A stretch of DNA of 51,633 nucleotides, filler included, from Bipalium vagum (Eukaryota), in assembly GCA_037834085.1 (NCBI GenBank). It is 3 parts of 3 records of this genome, joined end to end, with 100 filler letters (N's around TTAATTAATTAA, not from the genome) between each part and the next. Parts side by side here need not be neighbours in the genome. Positions count along the whole stretch, not along the records: positions 34,990 to 51,633 come from JBBMKC010100556.1; 2 more parts are not named here. One strand, written 5' to 3'. Made by a program: the position numbers and the translations under genes. Of the stretch, positions 51,496 through 51,633 are shown in pieces (the stretch's first letter is position 1; the number at the start of each line of letters is the position of its first letter). The notes beneath the pieces were generated by a model. That model was not told the DNA's origin. It searched no databases and was given only the letters and a program-made list of their open reading frames with translations.

Positions 51496-51633
51496 TTAGG
51501 TTGTCTAATAAATTTGTGCCGTTTTTAAAATGCAAAATTTTTATTTATAACATATCTACATTACATAAAAATCAATCAGTTATGTATTCGCCTTTATTGT
51601 TAATGACTGTTTCCCATCGTTTAGGTAACTTTT
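51496..51633 (-). mobile_element. mariner 3' end with TIR (continues past the window)
   Basis: TA|TTAGGTTGTCTAATAAATTTGTGCCG TIR; minus-strand KLPKRWETVINNKGEYITD*. Confidence 0.8.

Overview
Very AT-rich eukaryotic (animal) genomic DNA, most consistent with a flatworm such as a triclad planarian. This is an inference from the lophotrochozoan-type GluCl, the 38-52 nt mini-introns and the transposon spectrum. The window is not continuous: three segments (1-15730, 15831-34889, 34990-51633) are joined by identical artificial 100-bp spacers (N44-TTAATTAATTAA-N44), so neighbourhoods across the spacers mean nothing. Segment 1 holds the 3' exons of an unidentified spliced gene followed by a Cys-loop glutamate-gated chloride channel with an intronless CDS. 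Segment 2 holds the N-lobe of a PIM-like kinase and the S1-S6/C-terminal exon of a Kv2 (Shab) K+ channel with a large TE-filled upstream intron. Segment 3 holds the first five exons of VPS11 and a single-exon Di-Ras/RASD-like GTPase with natural substitutions at the Ras G13/A59/Q61 positions. The rest is largely degraded transposons: mariner, Tc1, DD37E, maT/DD37D, rosa/DD41D-like, pogo/Tigger, MITEs, a Ty3/Gypsy relic and a NeSL/R5-like non-LTR relic. I found no CRISPR array, rRNA or intact tRNA, and no convincing wholly new multi-gene system. The best leads are listed under findings.
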